Shown piece after piece: positions 9,999 through 19,026 of a DNA stretch of 64,000 bases (the first letter of the stretch is position 1; every line of letters begins with the position of its first letter). The position numbers and the translations under genes were made by a program. The notes beneath the pieces are model-generated. The model worked only from the letters and a program-made list of their open reading frames with translations, had not been told where the DNA came from and did not search any database. Location: the NCBI GenBank assembly GCA_963974305.1, contig CAXBCS010000005.1, positions 1,537 through 65,536 of the forward strand, given 5' to 3'. This DNA is from an uncultured bacterium. GTDB taxonomy: Bacteria > Bacteroidota > Bacteroidia > Flavobacteriales > Flavobacteriaceae.

Positions 9999-11012
9999 TT
10001 ATTTCAGAAGTAATTTTTCAAAACCAGCGGTCACATAGGTTCCCGTTGAATCATTCTCTTTGGCAAATACAAGATAAGCATCAACATCCTTTAGATCAGA
10101 TAATACAGCTTTAGATTTTTCTAAACCCATTGCCATAAAAGCAGTAGCATATGCGTCGGCGGTGGCGCAATCTTTTGCAATTACCGTTGCTCCTAAAACA
10201 TCACTTTTTTCTGCACTCCCCGTCAAAGGATTGATGGTATGCACATACTGTTGTCCCGTTTGCTCATCTACTCTATTTTTTCGATAATTCCCTGAACTCG
10301 CCATTGACAGATTCTCTAAGGCAACGACAGCAACATGACTGCGATTATCTTGTTCAGAGTTGACACTTTCTACACCTACTGTCCAAGCTTTTAAACTACT
10401 TTGATTTTTACCACTTCCGCGAACTTCTCCGCCTAACTCAATTAAGAAATGTTGTAAAGCACGAGATTCTAAATAGACCGCGATTCGATCGATACCATAG
10501 CCTTTAGCTACCGCATTAAAATCGAGGTAGACTTCTGGGAATTTTTTGGAAATCTTGCCGTTTGGCGAAATTGCGATTTTATCCAAACCTACATACTGCA
10601 TCATAGAATCCAAGCGTAGGCTGTCAAAAACGGCAATGGGTTTTGTATCTCCAAAACCATAGGCATTGCGCAAACCTCCAACCGTTGGATCAAAGTAATG
10701 GTACGTCGTTTCATATACCTTTCGCGAAAGCGTAAACACTTCTTTAAACATTTCGTCCACGATCACAGTAGTATTTCCCCTATTGATTTTGGAAATATCA
10801 CTTTGAGGTATGTAGGTAGACATGGATTTATTTACTCTATAAATCACAGAGTCTATTCCTTTTTGAACCACTGCTGCATTCTCTGCTGTACCATAATATT
10901 TAACAGCATAGGCCGTCCCAAAGGCTTCTCCTCGCAGTGTGATTTCATCAACGGTTTCAGGGCCACTACAGCCAATAATAAACAAGCAGATTAGTGAAAG
11001 TAAAAAGCGCAT
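9999..11012 (-). CDS. apbE: FAD:protein FMN transferase ApbE
   Basis: Lipobox IIGC; MSTY...SDIS.IN, FDPTVG, LDFNAVAKGYG, ELGGE, MASSGNYR, INPLTG, ADAYATA. Confidence 0.95.
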   Translation of the reverse strand: MRFLLSLICLFIIGCSGPETVDEITLRGEAFGTAYAVKYYGTAENAAVVQKGIDSVIYRVNKSMSTYIPQSDISKINRGNTTVIVDEMFKEVFTLSRKVYETTYHYFDPTVGGLRNAYGFGDTKPIAVFDSLRLDSMMQYVGLDKIAISPNGKISKKFPEVYLDFNAVAKGYGIDRIAVYLESRALQHFLIELGGEVRGSGKNQSSLKAWTVGVESVNSEQDNRSHVAVVALENLSMASSGNYRKNRVDEQTGQQYVHTINPLTGSAEKSDVLGATVIAKDCATADAYATAFMAMGLEKSKAVLSDLKDVDAYLVFAKENDSTGTYVTAGFEKLLLK

Positions 11013-11014
11013 GA

Positions 11015-11374
11015 TTAGATTTCTTGGAGTCCGTTATAGATAAGCGTATACGGCTCGTCTTTTTCGACTGGATGTTGATAATTATCACCATGACCCAGCC
11101 CCACACCTGCATAAAAGGTACGCGCTTCAAACTTGAGCGCATGCTCTTTCATCTTTAGCATAAAAGGAGTGTCATATAGGTTGGCATCATCTGGAAATGA
11201 TTTAGCACGTACGATTACAAAGTGTAGTTTTTTATCTTTTAAAGCAACAAATTGAGGATCCTTTTTGAGTTTGGAATTGACACCCATAAACTCATATCCT
11301 TGTTCTTCCAATTCCTTCCCAACAATGTTCATTGCGAGATTGTGTAACTCCTGCTCTGTAAGAAATACCGCCAT
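11015..11374 (-). CDS. small conserved protein upstream of apbE; function unknown (family often labelled NQR subunit F but not homologous to true NqrF)
   Basis: 119 aa from ATG 11374; ends 2 nt before apbE; no FAD/NADH/Fe-S motifs. Confidence 0.75.
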   Translation of the reverse strand: MAVFLTEQELHNLAMNIVGKELEEQGYEFMGVNSKLKKDPQFVALKDKKLHFVIVRAKSFPDDANLYDTPFMLKMKEHALKFEARTFYAGVGLGHGDNYQHPVEKDEPYTLIYNGLQEI

Positions 11375-11387
11375 TGAACAAAGATAC

Positions 11388-11396
11388 AAAGGCTAT
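11388..11396. repeat. direct repeat AAAGGCTAT, left edge of the accessory block
   Basis: Identical 9-mer at 20744-20752 covers the nqrF stop codon. Confidence 0.5.
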
Positions 11397-11410
11397 TCTA
11401 AAAATGAAGA

Positions 11411-13408
11411 TTACTTGTTCAATACCTGTTTGAAATAAGCCGCTTTTTGAGTATCTCCAAGCTCGGTATACAAAAGCACGACTTCTTTGCCTAACTCGGT
11501 GTCTGTCGTGTCTAGTAAAAACGCTTTTGCTAGACTATCTGTAGCAATAACTCCTCTATTAATAGCTCCATAAAACTGGGCGACAGTCATCCAATATTGT
11601 TTTTGTTTAGGAATTGCAGGATTGGCAATCGCCATCGTGCTGAAACCTTTTTGTAAGGCGGCATGTGCCGCTGGCTGCTTGACCAAACTTAATAAAAAGG
11701 TATAGGCAGCCTCTAATTGTGGATTCACGACAAGAGCATCTTTAATTGCATCTACTGCTTTTGAGTACTGTTTTATAGCGGCATAACAATAAGCCGAATT
11801 GAGCAACATATCAGTATTTGACCCATCAATTGCTTTTGCCTTTTCAAAGAATCCCAGTGCCGCATTATAGTCTTTATAGTAGGTGTACTGAATCGCACCC
11901 AAATTATTTAAAACATAAGGTTGATGTGCATCAATCTCTAAGGCACGCTCATACAATGCCTGGACTTCTTTTATATGTTCTGTGCCCTTTGGCTCAAGTG
12001 ATCTTATAGGCAAAGTTGTAAACAGTTCATCAGCGAGAAAGGTATGTGCTCTAAAGGAGTTTTGTAAATGTTTGATATCATGACGATATAAGACCAAAGT
12101 ATTTTCCCAGTCGTCATTGCGCTCAATGGTTCGCAAACTATATATCCCAATAATAAAAACAAGACAGCTTAACAATGCAATATTTGCCGTTTGCATAGAA
12201 AATTTCGCTTTCGCGAAAGCGTAGCCACGCCACAACAATATTCCAAGAACCAAAACAAATCCAACAGAGAATATATAAGCAAATCGTTCGGCGACAATGC
12301 CTACCATTGGGTATACTAAATTGACAACAATTGCCATTACACCCAACCATATGACCAAGGCCAAGCCTAATACATCGCGTTTCAAGAATTTAATAATACC
12401 ATAGATCCCTAAAGGAATAAAAATCAAGATCGCCACCCATACTTGCCAATAAGAAAAATCAGCCAAAGGAATCTGACTGTATCCATAATAAAAGGAAAGA
12501 TCTTCTGGAAAAATGAGTAGTTGTAGATATAAGAATGCCGAGTAGCATCCAATACCCACACGAGTTAGAAAACTATCATCAACAAATAACGGATTTTCAA
12601 AAAATTGAAAGGTTCTAAATTCTTCCCCTGGAATGGCCGCTCTTAGGACTAAAACTATCACTAAAGACAGAGTCACCGAACCCACTGCCATTAAAATACG
12701 TTTGCCAGAGGTACTCGTATAGTATAGAAGTACAGGTATCAACCCAAAAAAGGCTAAGGAGCTCATCTTACTTAAGAATGCCAGTAAAGCCAAGGCACCA
12801 ATTCCCCACAAGCGTTTTTTCAAACCTTCCCTTGCAAATCGCACACATTCTATGAGTGCCCATAGCAGGAATACCATCATTAATAATTCGTCTCTACTCT
12901 TAATGTTATTTACGACTTCCGTATGGATAGGATGCACCATAAATAATATGGTAATGATAAGCGGTAATCCAAAGGAATAGCCTTGAAGAACCATGCTCAG
13001 GAGATAGAGTAGTAAAAAACCATTTAAAGCATATAATAGAATATTAATAAGGTGACTAACATTGGCCTCGGTAAGCACATTATTGTCTAGCTTTTCCTGG
13101 GGTTGCTGAGAATCTGGCAAAGCGCCAAAGAGGGATTTTTCTATCGCAAAGGTCGTATGTGTTAATGGGCGATATTCAAAGCGTGTTTCTCCATCATCTG
13201 CATAATAATTGGTAAAAAGTCCGGGGATATTCTCAATACCATCTGCTGTTTTAGGATTTCCATTAGTGACATAATAATCATCCATGCCATATTCATTATC
13301 GATGGCATTGAAATACACTAAAAAAGGGAGTAACAGTACAAAAAGATAGCTCAATTTGCGTTGTCTTGCAGTAAATTTTAAAATCATAAAGAACCTAAAC
13401 TTAGTCAA
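11411..13408 (-). CDS. TMTC-like GT-C glycosyltransferase with C-terminal TPR repeats
   Basis: MDDYY loop, EYRPLT, HPIHTEVVNNIKSRDELL, LSK, VAERFAY, RNDDW, then TPR-like helices; about 11 TM segments; start may be ATG 13387. Confidence 0.85.
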   Translation of the reverse strand: MTKFRFFMILKFTARQRKLSYLFVLLLPFLVYFNAIDNEYGMDDYYVTNGNPKTADGIENIPGLFTNYYADDGETRFEYRPLTHTTFAIEKSLFGALPDSQQPQEKLDNNVLTEANVSHLINILLYALNGFLLLYLLSMVLQGYSFGLPLIITILFMVHPIHTEVVNNIKSRDELLMMVFLLWALIECVRFAREGLKKRLWGIGALALLAFLSKMSSLAFFGLIPVLLYYTSTSGKRILMAVGSVTLSLVIVLVLRAAIPGEEFRTFQFFENPLFVDDSFLTRVGIGCYSAFLYLQLLIFPEDLSFYYGYSQIPLADFSYWQVWVAILIFIPLGIYGIIKFLKRDVLGLALVIWLGVMAIVVNLVYPMVGIVAERFAYIFSVGFVLVLGILLWRGYAFAKAKFSMQTANIALLSCLVFIIGIYSLRTIERNDDWENTLVLYRHDIKHLQNSFRAHTFLADELFTTLPIRSLEPKGTEHIKEVQALYERALEIDAHQPYVLNNLGAIQYTYYKDYNAALGFFEKAKAIDGSNTDMLLNSAYCYAAIKQYSKAVDAIKDALVVNPQLEAAYTFLLSLVKQPAAHAALQKGFSTMAIANPAIPKQKQYWMTVAQFYGAINRGVIATDSLAKAFLLDTTDTELGKEVVLLYTELGDTQKAAYFKQVLNK
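12206..12221. repeat. palindrome CGCTTTCGCGAAAGCG, copy 3
   Basis: Inside the TMTC-like gene, read as AFAKA. Confidence 0.95.
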
Positions 13409-13474
13409 ATATAACCATTCTTAATAAAGAAAAATACAAGCTAAAAAAATGAGTAACACGCAGCAATTAATTAC

Positions 13475-14134
13475 TCAACGTCTCAAATTTAAAGGAATCG
13501 ATGGTAAAATCACTTTATAAATTGTTTCTGGCAAGTCGTTTATTAAAGGAAGATCAACTTCTGAAAAACTGACATTATCCCAACCTAATGGCGTGGTTTC
13601 TTTGGCCGCTCTCATTAGCCCGCGACGAAGTTTTTTAGTATGATTGAGATAATTTTCTTTTTTAAGAAAAAGCCATATTCGATCTTCTTCATGTTCCTCT
13701 TTAAACTGTTTAAAACCAAGATATTCATTAAACCCAATTGCCTTTTGATTGTCTTTGCGCACTTCAATAAATATTTCCTTCATATCCATAAGGTAAAAAT
13801 GGAAATCTAAAACACAAAGTGCTGAGGCTACAGCTGTTCGGGATGCTAAAAACTGTTGATCCCAGATAAAAATACCAGCTTCTATAGTCATCTCTTCGAA
13901 TGAACGAATATTTCCATTGAGCAATCCTACACGTCTTCCCTTTGCTTCTATAACAAAATAATAGTGCATCGCATTATCAATGCTGTCAAACCATTTTTCT
14001 TGATCTGCCTTTGTAATTTCTTTCTGATAAAACATGCGGGTACGTATCGCTGGGCTATTCCGCTCTAGGCGTACCAGTTCTAAGTCGGCTTTTTCCAACC
14101 GCCTTAGGGTCACATTGTATTTTTTAATAATCAT
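13475..14134 (-). CDS. GNAT N-acetyltransferase (PseH/RimJ-like)
   Basis: LRRLEKADLELVR..RN, ITKADQEKWF, V..DN.KAI.F...LGF. Confidence 0.8.
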   Translation of the reverse strand: MIIKKYNVTLRRLEKADLELVRLERNSPAIRTRMFYQKEITKADQEKWFDSIDNAMHYYFVIEAKGRRVGLLNGNIRSFEEMTIEAGIFIWDQQFLASRTAVASALCVLDFHFYLMDMKEIFIEVRKDNQKAIGFNEYLGFKQFKEEHEEDRIWLFLKKENYLNHTKKLRRGLMRAAKETTPLGWDNVSFSEVDLPLINDLPETIYKVILPSIPLNLRR

Positions 14135-15048
14135 AATTCCTTCTGTGCAATGGAGTACATAGGCTTACTGTTTAAAACAATGAAAATATGCTTTATATAA
14201 CCTCCAACAACTCCAAAACATAGTAAAATTAAGCTCGTTGAGAATAGTATGGTCACAATGAGAGCAGTAAAACCACGTACGGGAACATCATAAACAAATC
14301 GAGCAATTACAAAAATAATTCCCGCTAAAAAGCTTAGGGATGATAATAATAAACCACCTAGAGTCATAACTTTCAAAGGCCAGGTACTGTAAAATAAAGT
14401 AGATTTCGCTACCATTCCAAATAGTTTGCCTAAGGAATATCCAGAACGCCCGTTGGGTCTTTTGTAATGAGATACTGTTACAAAGGCAATTTCGTTAGTA
14501 TACCAAAAAAGTACTTCGTCTAAGAAAATAAAATGTCTATTATGCTGAAGCATTTGATCTACAAGGCTCCGTGAAAGCAAACGAAATGACGACCCTTTGT
14601 GTGGTCCACCTTCAAGAAGTTTACTGCCAGAACGGAGAATACTACTTCCCAATTTACGCCAAAAGGAATGCTGTTTCTCGCCAACACCATATACCAGATC
14701 GGTCAGTGTATCCTTCTGTTTTTGAATTAGTTTAGGAATATCTTCAGGTGTATTTTGCAAATCATCATCTATAGATATTACAAAGTCTCCTTTGGCATTT
14801 TGAAATCCACAAAAGGTGGCGCTATGCTGACCATAATTACGCGAAAAGCGGATGAGTTTAACAGTTTCAGGGAACTGCGCTTTTAATAATTGTAAGACTT
14901 GCCAACTACGATCCTCTGAATAATCATCGACAAAAATTACCTCAAAACTACCCTCAAGGTCTGCAAAAGTAGCGTGAATACGAGCGTACAAATCTTCAAG
15001 CGAGACAGCGCTATTATACACCGGAATAACGACAGAATAGAGGATCAT
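14131..15048 (-). CDS. GT2 polyprenol-phosphate glycosyltransferase (ArnC/GtrB-like)
   Basis: SVVIPVYN, VDDYSED, SRNYGQH, IDDDLQN.PEDIP, two C-terminal TM helices. Confidence 0.9.
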   Translation of the reverse strand: MILYSVVIPVYNSAVSLEDLYARIHATFADLEGSFEVIFVDDYSEDRSWQVLQLLKAQFPETVKLIRFSRNYGQHSATFCGFQNAKGDFVISIDDDLQNTPEDIPKLIQKQKDTLTDLVYGVGEKQHSFWRKLGSSILRSGSKLLEGGPHKGSSFRLLSRSLVDQMLQHNRHFIFLDEVLFWYTNEIAFVTVSHYKRPNGRSGYSLGKLFGMVAKSTLFYSTWPLKVMTLGGLLLSSLSFLAGIIFVIARFVYDVPVRGFTALIVTILFSTSLILLCFGVVGGYIKHIFIVLNSKPMYSIAQKEL

Positions 15049-15147
15049 TCGTTTAATATTAGATCTAGACTAGGGTCCATTTTAAAACTAAAATTGTCTC
15101 AAAACAATTACATTTGCAAGTATAAACATTTTTATTGGCACACCTTT

Positions 15148-16272
15148 ATGATCCCATTTAATGTCCCTTTCGCATCTGGAGATGAATTGACACAGATTTC
15201 GGCGGCAATAGCCGATAATAAGCTCTCTGGTAATGGACATTTTACAAAAAAATGTAAAGCCCTTTTCAAAGAAAGGTATGGTTTTGATAATAGCTTTTTA
15301 ACCACGAGTTGCACAGCGGCTATTCAGATGGTTGCAATAGCCATGGACTTAGAAGCTGGAGATGAAATTATACTTCCTTCTTATACCTTTAGTTCTACAC
15401 CAAATCCCTTCTTGATTGCAGGAGCCACAGTAAAATTTGCCGATTCAGAACCTGATCATCCTAACGTTTCTTTAAAGTCTATAGCTTCTCTTATTACCCC
15501 AAAAACAAAGGCTGTCATGGTGGTGCATTATGGCGGATACGCTTGCGATATCATAGGTATCAAGGCATTGTGTGACCAACATGGTTTGCTTTTAATAGAG
15601 GATGCTGCTCAATGCATACAGGGCTTTTACCAAGGGAAACCTTTAGGGAGTTTTGGAGACTTTTCGGTATTTTCTTTTCACGAAACCAAGAATATCCACT
15701 GTGGAGAAGGCGGACTGCTTGTTGTCAACAATCTGGATTATGTAAATAAAGCAGAGACCATTTGGAACTACGGTACAAATAAGAAAGCTTTTTTAAGCGG
15801 GGAAGTCGACAGCTATGAATGGACAGGATTAGGACTTTCATTTTGTCTTTCAGAGATCAATGCTGCTTATTTATACGCCCAATTACAGCATGTTGAAAAA
15901 GTTACACAAACACGAAAATCACTTTGGGAATCCTACTTTCGAGCTTTGAAACCTTTAGAGAAATTAGGGCTACTCAAACTCCCACAAATTAAGGGAGAAG
16001 ATAGCAGTTATCATACCTTTTATGTGTGTACGCTTTCGCGAAAGCGGTATCTCGACCTTCAAAAACATTTACTCACTAATTTTGTTTTGGCTGTACAGCA
16101 CTACTACCCTTTACATGAAAGTGCCTTTGCTAAAGCAGAAGGCCTCAGTGCAGATTTACCCAATGCTAGTTATTTTGGAGATAACCTTCTGCGATTACCA
16201 TTGTATGAAGGCTTAACAACAACTCAAGTTGACCAAATTACCAAGCTTATTTTAGATTTCTACAAAAACTAG
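15148..16272 (+). CDS. DegT/DnrJ family sugar aminotransferase, WecE/RffA-like
   Basis: TTSCTAA, PSYTF.ST.N.F, VHYGGYAC, EDAAQ, FSFHETKN..CGEGG, AAYLYAQL. Confidence 0.88.
   Translation: MIPFNVPFASGDELTQISAAIADNKLSGNGHFTKKCKALFKERYGFDNSFLTTSCTAAIQMVAIAMDLEAGDEIILPSYTFSSTPNPFLIAGATVKFADSEPDHPNVSLKSIASLITPKTKAVMVVHYGGYACDIIGIKALCDQHGLLLIEDAAQCIQGFYQGKPLGSFGDFSVFSFHETKNIHCGEGGLLVVNNLDYVNKAETIWNYGTNKKAFLSGEVDSYEWTGLGLSFCLSEINAAYLYAQLQHVEKVTQTRKSLWESYFRALKPLEKLGLLKLPQIKGEDSSYHTFYVCTLSRKRYLDLQKHLLTNFVLAVQHYYPLHESAFAKAEGLSADLPNASYFGDNLLRLPLYEGLTTTQVDQITKLILDFYKN
16031..16046. repeat. palindrome CGCTTTCGCGAAAGCG, copy 4
   Basis: Inside the WecE-like gene, read as LSRKR. Confidence 0.95.
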
Positions 16273-17015
16273 TTTCCTTTCAAAGCATTGAGAAAGTCGG
16301 GACGTTTATTTCTAGAAACTGGCACCTTATTATTTTCTGAGAGTAGTACATAGCCCTCATTGAGGTAACGTTCTATGTGGTCAAGATTAATGAGATGGGA
16401 TTTATGTACATGATAGAAAAGACTGTGGTCAAGCATTTTTGTAAAATGCCCAATACTACTGGAACTCAGTAACGGTTTTCCATTTTGAATGATAATCTTG
16501 GTATATCCATCTACTCCTTCGCAACGAATAATATCTGCAATGGTGATAAATTCTAGGCCATCTTGTGTAGGCACAACGATTTTCTTTTTCTGAAATGTCT
16601 GTACGCCCATATTGGCGATGAGCTGCTTGTTCTTTTTTAGAGCGTCTTTAGACTCGACATTCTGAATGGCTTTGGAAACCGTTTGAATGAGATCTTCGCG
16701 ATCTAAGGGTTTGACGAGATAACCAATAGCACAATGCCGAATAGCTTCCAAAGCATAAGAATCGAAAGCGGTGGCAAAAATGATTTCAAAATCAGGCGTA
16801 CCCACTTGGGATAGTAGTTCGAAACCATTCATTTCTGGCATTGCAATATCCAAGAATACCAAATCTGGCTTAAGGGATTGGATCAATTCAATCGCTTCAT
16901 GAGGATCTTGTGATTGTGCAATAATCTCCAATTCGGGACAGTACCGCTCTAATTTGCTTTGTAGAATGGCTAATGCCTTAGGTTCATCATCTACTATTAT
17001 TGTCCTAATCTTCAT
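16269..17015 (-). CDS. LytTR-family response regulator
   Basis: IIVDDE, LVFLDIAMP, FATAF, YLVKP receiver; IIRCEG..GYT and VHKSHLINL LytTR domain. Confidence 0.95.
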   Translation of the reverse strand: MKIRTIIVDDEPKALAILQSKLERYCPELEIIAQSQDPHEAIELIQSLKPDLVFLDIAMPEMNGFELLSQVGTPDFEIIFATAFDSYALEAIRHCAIGYLVKPLDREDLIQTVSKAIQNVESKDALKKNKQLIANMGVQTFQKKKIVVPTQDGLEFITIADIIRCEGVDGYTKIIIQNGKPLLSSSSIGHFTKMLDHSLFYHVHKSHLINLDHIERYLNEGYVLLSENNKVPVSRNKRPDFLNALKGN

Positions 17016-17802
17016 GATCTATCATACTATTAAACGTAAGGTGTACTGCTGTCCCTACTGGATTTTGTAATTCCTCAACACTATGTTCAATATGCCATTT
17101 TCCATTATATTCTAATAATTTAAGGCGGTCCTGCAATACAGTAGTCGATCTATTTTCGATGGTCTTTGTGGTTTTCTTAAAAAGCTCTTTGGCAGCCGTA
17201 AGACCTATTCCATCATCAATGACAGAGACTTGGAAGCCATCATCTTCTAGTGCCCTAAACTCAACCTTAATTGTTCCTGATCCTTTTTTGTGAAAGATGC
17301 CATGATTGACGGCATTTTCTACTAAGGGTTGTAATAACATCGAAGGGATTTCTGTGTCATCTTCCAAAGCATCATCAACGGTTATCTCATAATGAAGCCT
17401 ATCTTCAAAACGCAGTTTTTCAATGGATAAATAGTTATCAAGAAGATTCACTTCCTCCTCAAGTGTAATCGTTTGCTTACGCGAAAGTTCAAAAAAGGCT
17501 CTGATCAATTTAGAGAATTTCGAGAGATATTCTTCAGACTGCTCCACTTCATTACGTTGAATATAATATTGAATCGCATTGAGGGAATTATGCACAAAAT
17601 GCGGATTCATTTGTAAGCGTAGCGCCTGAAGTTCTATCGCATGCATTTGTTGTTGGATTGCTAATTTATCTTCATAGTTTTGAGTAATGAGTGAGTTACG
17701 CTTTTTGACAAAAACTGTAAAAACAAAAATAAGAGCAACCACCATTATTGCCAAAACAATCCCTATTCCCACCACTACAATGCCTATTTTTTCATCGGAC
17801 AT
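17005..17802 (-). CDS. LytS/YehU-type histidine kinase, single TM, no own sensor domain
   Basis: LRLQMNPHFVHNSLN H-box, LLQPLVENAVNHG, DDGIG; only one N-terminal TM helix. Confidence 0.93.
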   Translation of the reverse strand: MSDEKIGIVVVGIGIVLAIMVVALIFVFTVFVKKRNSLITQNYEDKLAIQQQMHAIELQALRLQMNPHFVHNSLNAIQYYIQRNEVEQSEEYLSKFSKLIRAFFELSRKQTITLEEEVNLLDNYLSIEKLRFEDRLHYEITVDDALEDDTEIPSMLLQPLVENAVNHGIFHKKGSGTIKVEFRALEDDGFQVSVIDDGIGLTAAKELFKKTTKTIENRSTTVLQDRLKLLEYNGKWHIEHSVEELQNPVGTAVHLTFNSMIDHED

Positions 17803-18398
17803 AACATCGCTTTAATAAAACATGAATACAATACTGCATTTGTAAAAAAGGTGAGGATTAATGAAATCTCACGAGTTATTGATATGTCTAATTTAATCGC
17901 CCATGATAAAGGCAGGTACCCTAAATTAAATATTAGCAGACCAATAGTAATCCAAAATTCCGCTAGTCTTAAAAACTGCACGACTTCATCTGATTTTAAT
18001 AAACGCACATAAAATCTTACCGTGAGATAAAACAGTATTATAGTACCTCCAGTTTGCGCGATTATAAGTGGCTTAGAAATATCTTCAACTATAAAACTTA
18101 TTAATAGCAGGACAAAGTATAGAACAAGAAGTCTGATTACATAAATACGCTTACTAAGCACTTCGTAAAACCACAAAATAAAAAATGAAAACATAAGAAC
18201 ATCAAAAATGGTGTAGAAGATATTGTCAATACGTCTATCATCACTAAAATATGCCCCAGTTTCAATAAGGATTACCATTGCGAAATAATACCCGAAATTC
18301 CTCAGTGATGTCTTACTAATCTGTTTGTATCTATAGATACTAACTAGCAAAGCCGTAATCACTAGAATACGAAACCCTAGAATCGCAAAATCTCCCAT
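17784..18398 (-). CDS. stand-alone 7-TM membrane protein
   Basis: 204 aa with seven hydrophobic segments; FWITIGLLIF..G..P and NAVLY motifs; overlaps the kinase start by 19 nt. Confidence 0.8.
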   Translation of the reverse strand: MGDFAILGFRILVITALLVSIYRYKQISKTSLRNFGYYFAMVILIETGAYFSDDRRIDNIFYTIFDVLMFSFFILWFYEVLSKRIYVIRLLVLYFVLLLISFIVEDISKPLIIAQTGGTIILFYLTVRFYVRLLKSDEVVQFLRLAEFWITIGLLIFNLGYLPLSWAIKLDISITREISLILTFFTNAVLYSCFIKAMLCPMKK

Positions 18399-18418
18399 AA
18401 TTACTAATCTTATATAAG

Positions 18419-18949
18419 TTATGGTCTTCCGTCATATCCTGGTGGAGGTGGCGGCGGTGGATCCTTTTTAGGATCAGTATTACCTAATGGATCCATACGA
18501 TCGTAGTTGGTTGTAGGTAGAAATTCTTCGTTAATCGGCACATATATTGGATCAATTTCTGACTCAGGCTCAACTATTTGAGCAGCTTTAAAAAATACAG
18601 TCGATTTAGGTGTATTTGTATCATCAGGTACTGCAGCAAAATATACAATCATTGCTGTTTTATCAATATTATTCTCTTTTTGATATTCCTTGATTTTGAT
18701 GAGATACTTCTGCAAGTCCTCTATATCAGTAACAACAGCCCCAATATTATCAGCAGATTCATTGGCCGGATATTGACTCTCAAGACCAATATTGATAAAT
18801 TGATGTTGATTTTCTATGAATAATGACTGCATAGAAGCTGCTTCTTCATCAGAAATAATATTCTCAGGATCCCCAGATGGGCAATCACAACAGGAAGTCA
18901 TAAATAGTCCGACTGCGCAGAGCAAGAGTATTCGTTTTAAATTTTTCAT
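18419..18949 (-). CDS. lipoprotein with poly-proline C-terminal tail
   Basis: MKNLKRILLLCAVGLFMTSC lipobox; VYFAA and STVFF core; ends DPKKDPPPPPPPGYDGRP. Confidence 0.8.
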   Translation of the reverse strand: MKNLKRILLLCAVGLFMTSCCDCPSGDPENIISDEEAASMQSLFIENQHQFINIGLESQYPANESADNIGAVVTDIEDLQKYLIKIKEYQKENNIDKTAMIVYFAAVPDDTNTPKSTVFFKAAQIVEPESEIDPIYVPINEEFLPTTNYDRMDPLGNTDPKKDPPPPPPPGYDGRP

Positions 18950-19026
18950 TAGAATGGTTTTAAATGTTAATGTAAAATACAATTAAATAAATTGTTGCAT
19001 TCGTTATATCCCAGTATCACAATAAT

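Noticed and set aside
14974-15147. N-terminal extension of the WecE-like ORF
   Set aside because: Overlaps the divergent GT2 gene and promoter region; the family starts at MIPFN (15148)
16269-16272. Convergent stop overlap of the WecE-like and LytTR genes (also 29842-29873 and 57633-57636)
   Set aside because: Short tail-to-tail overlaps are common in compact genomes; no further evidence of antisense control
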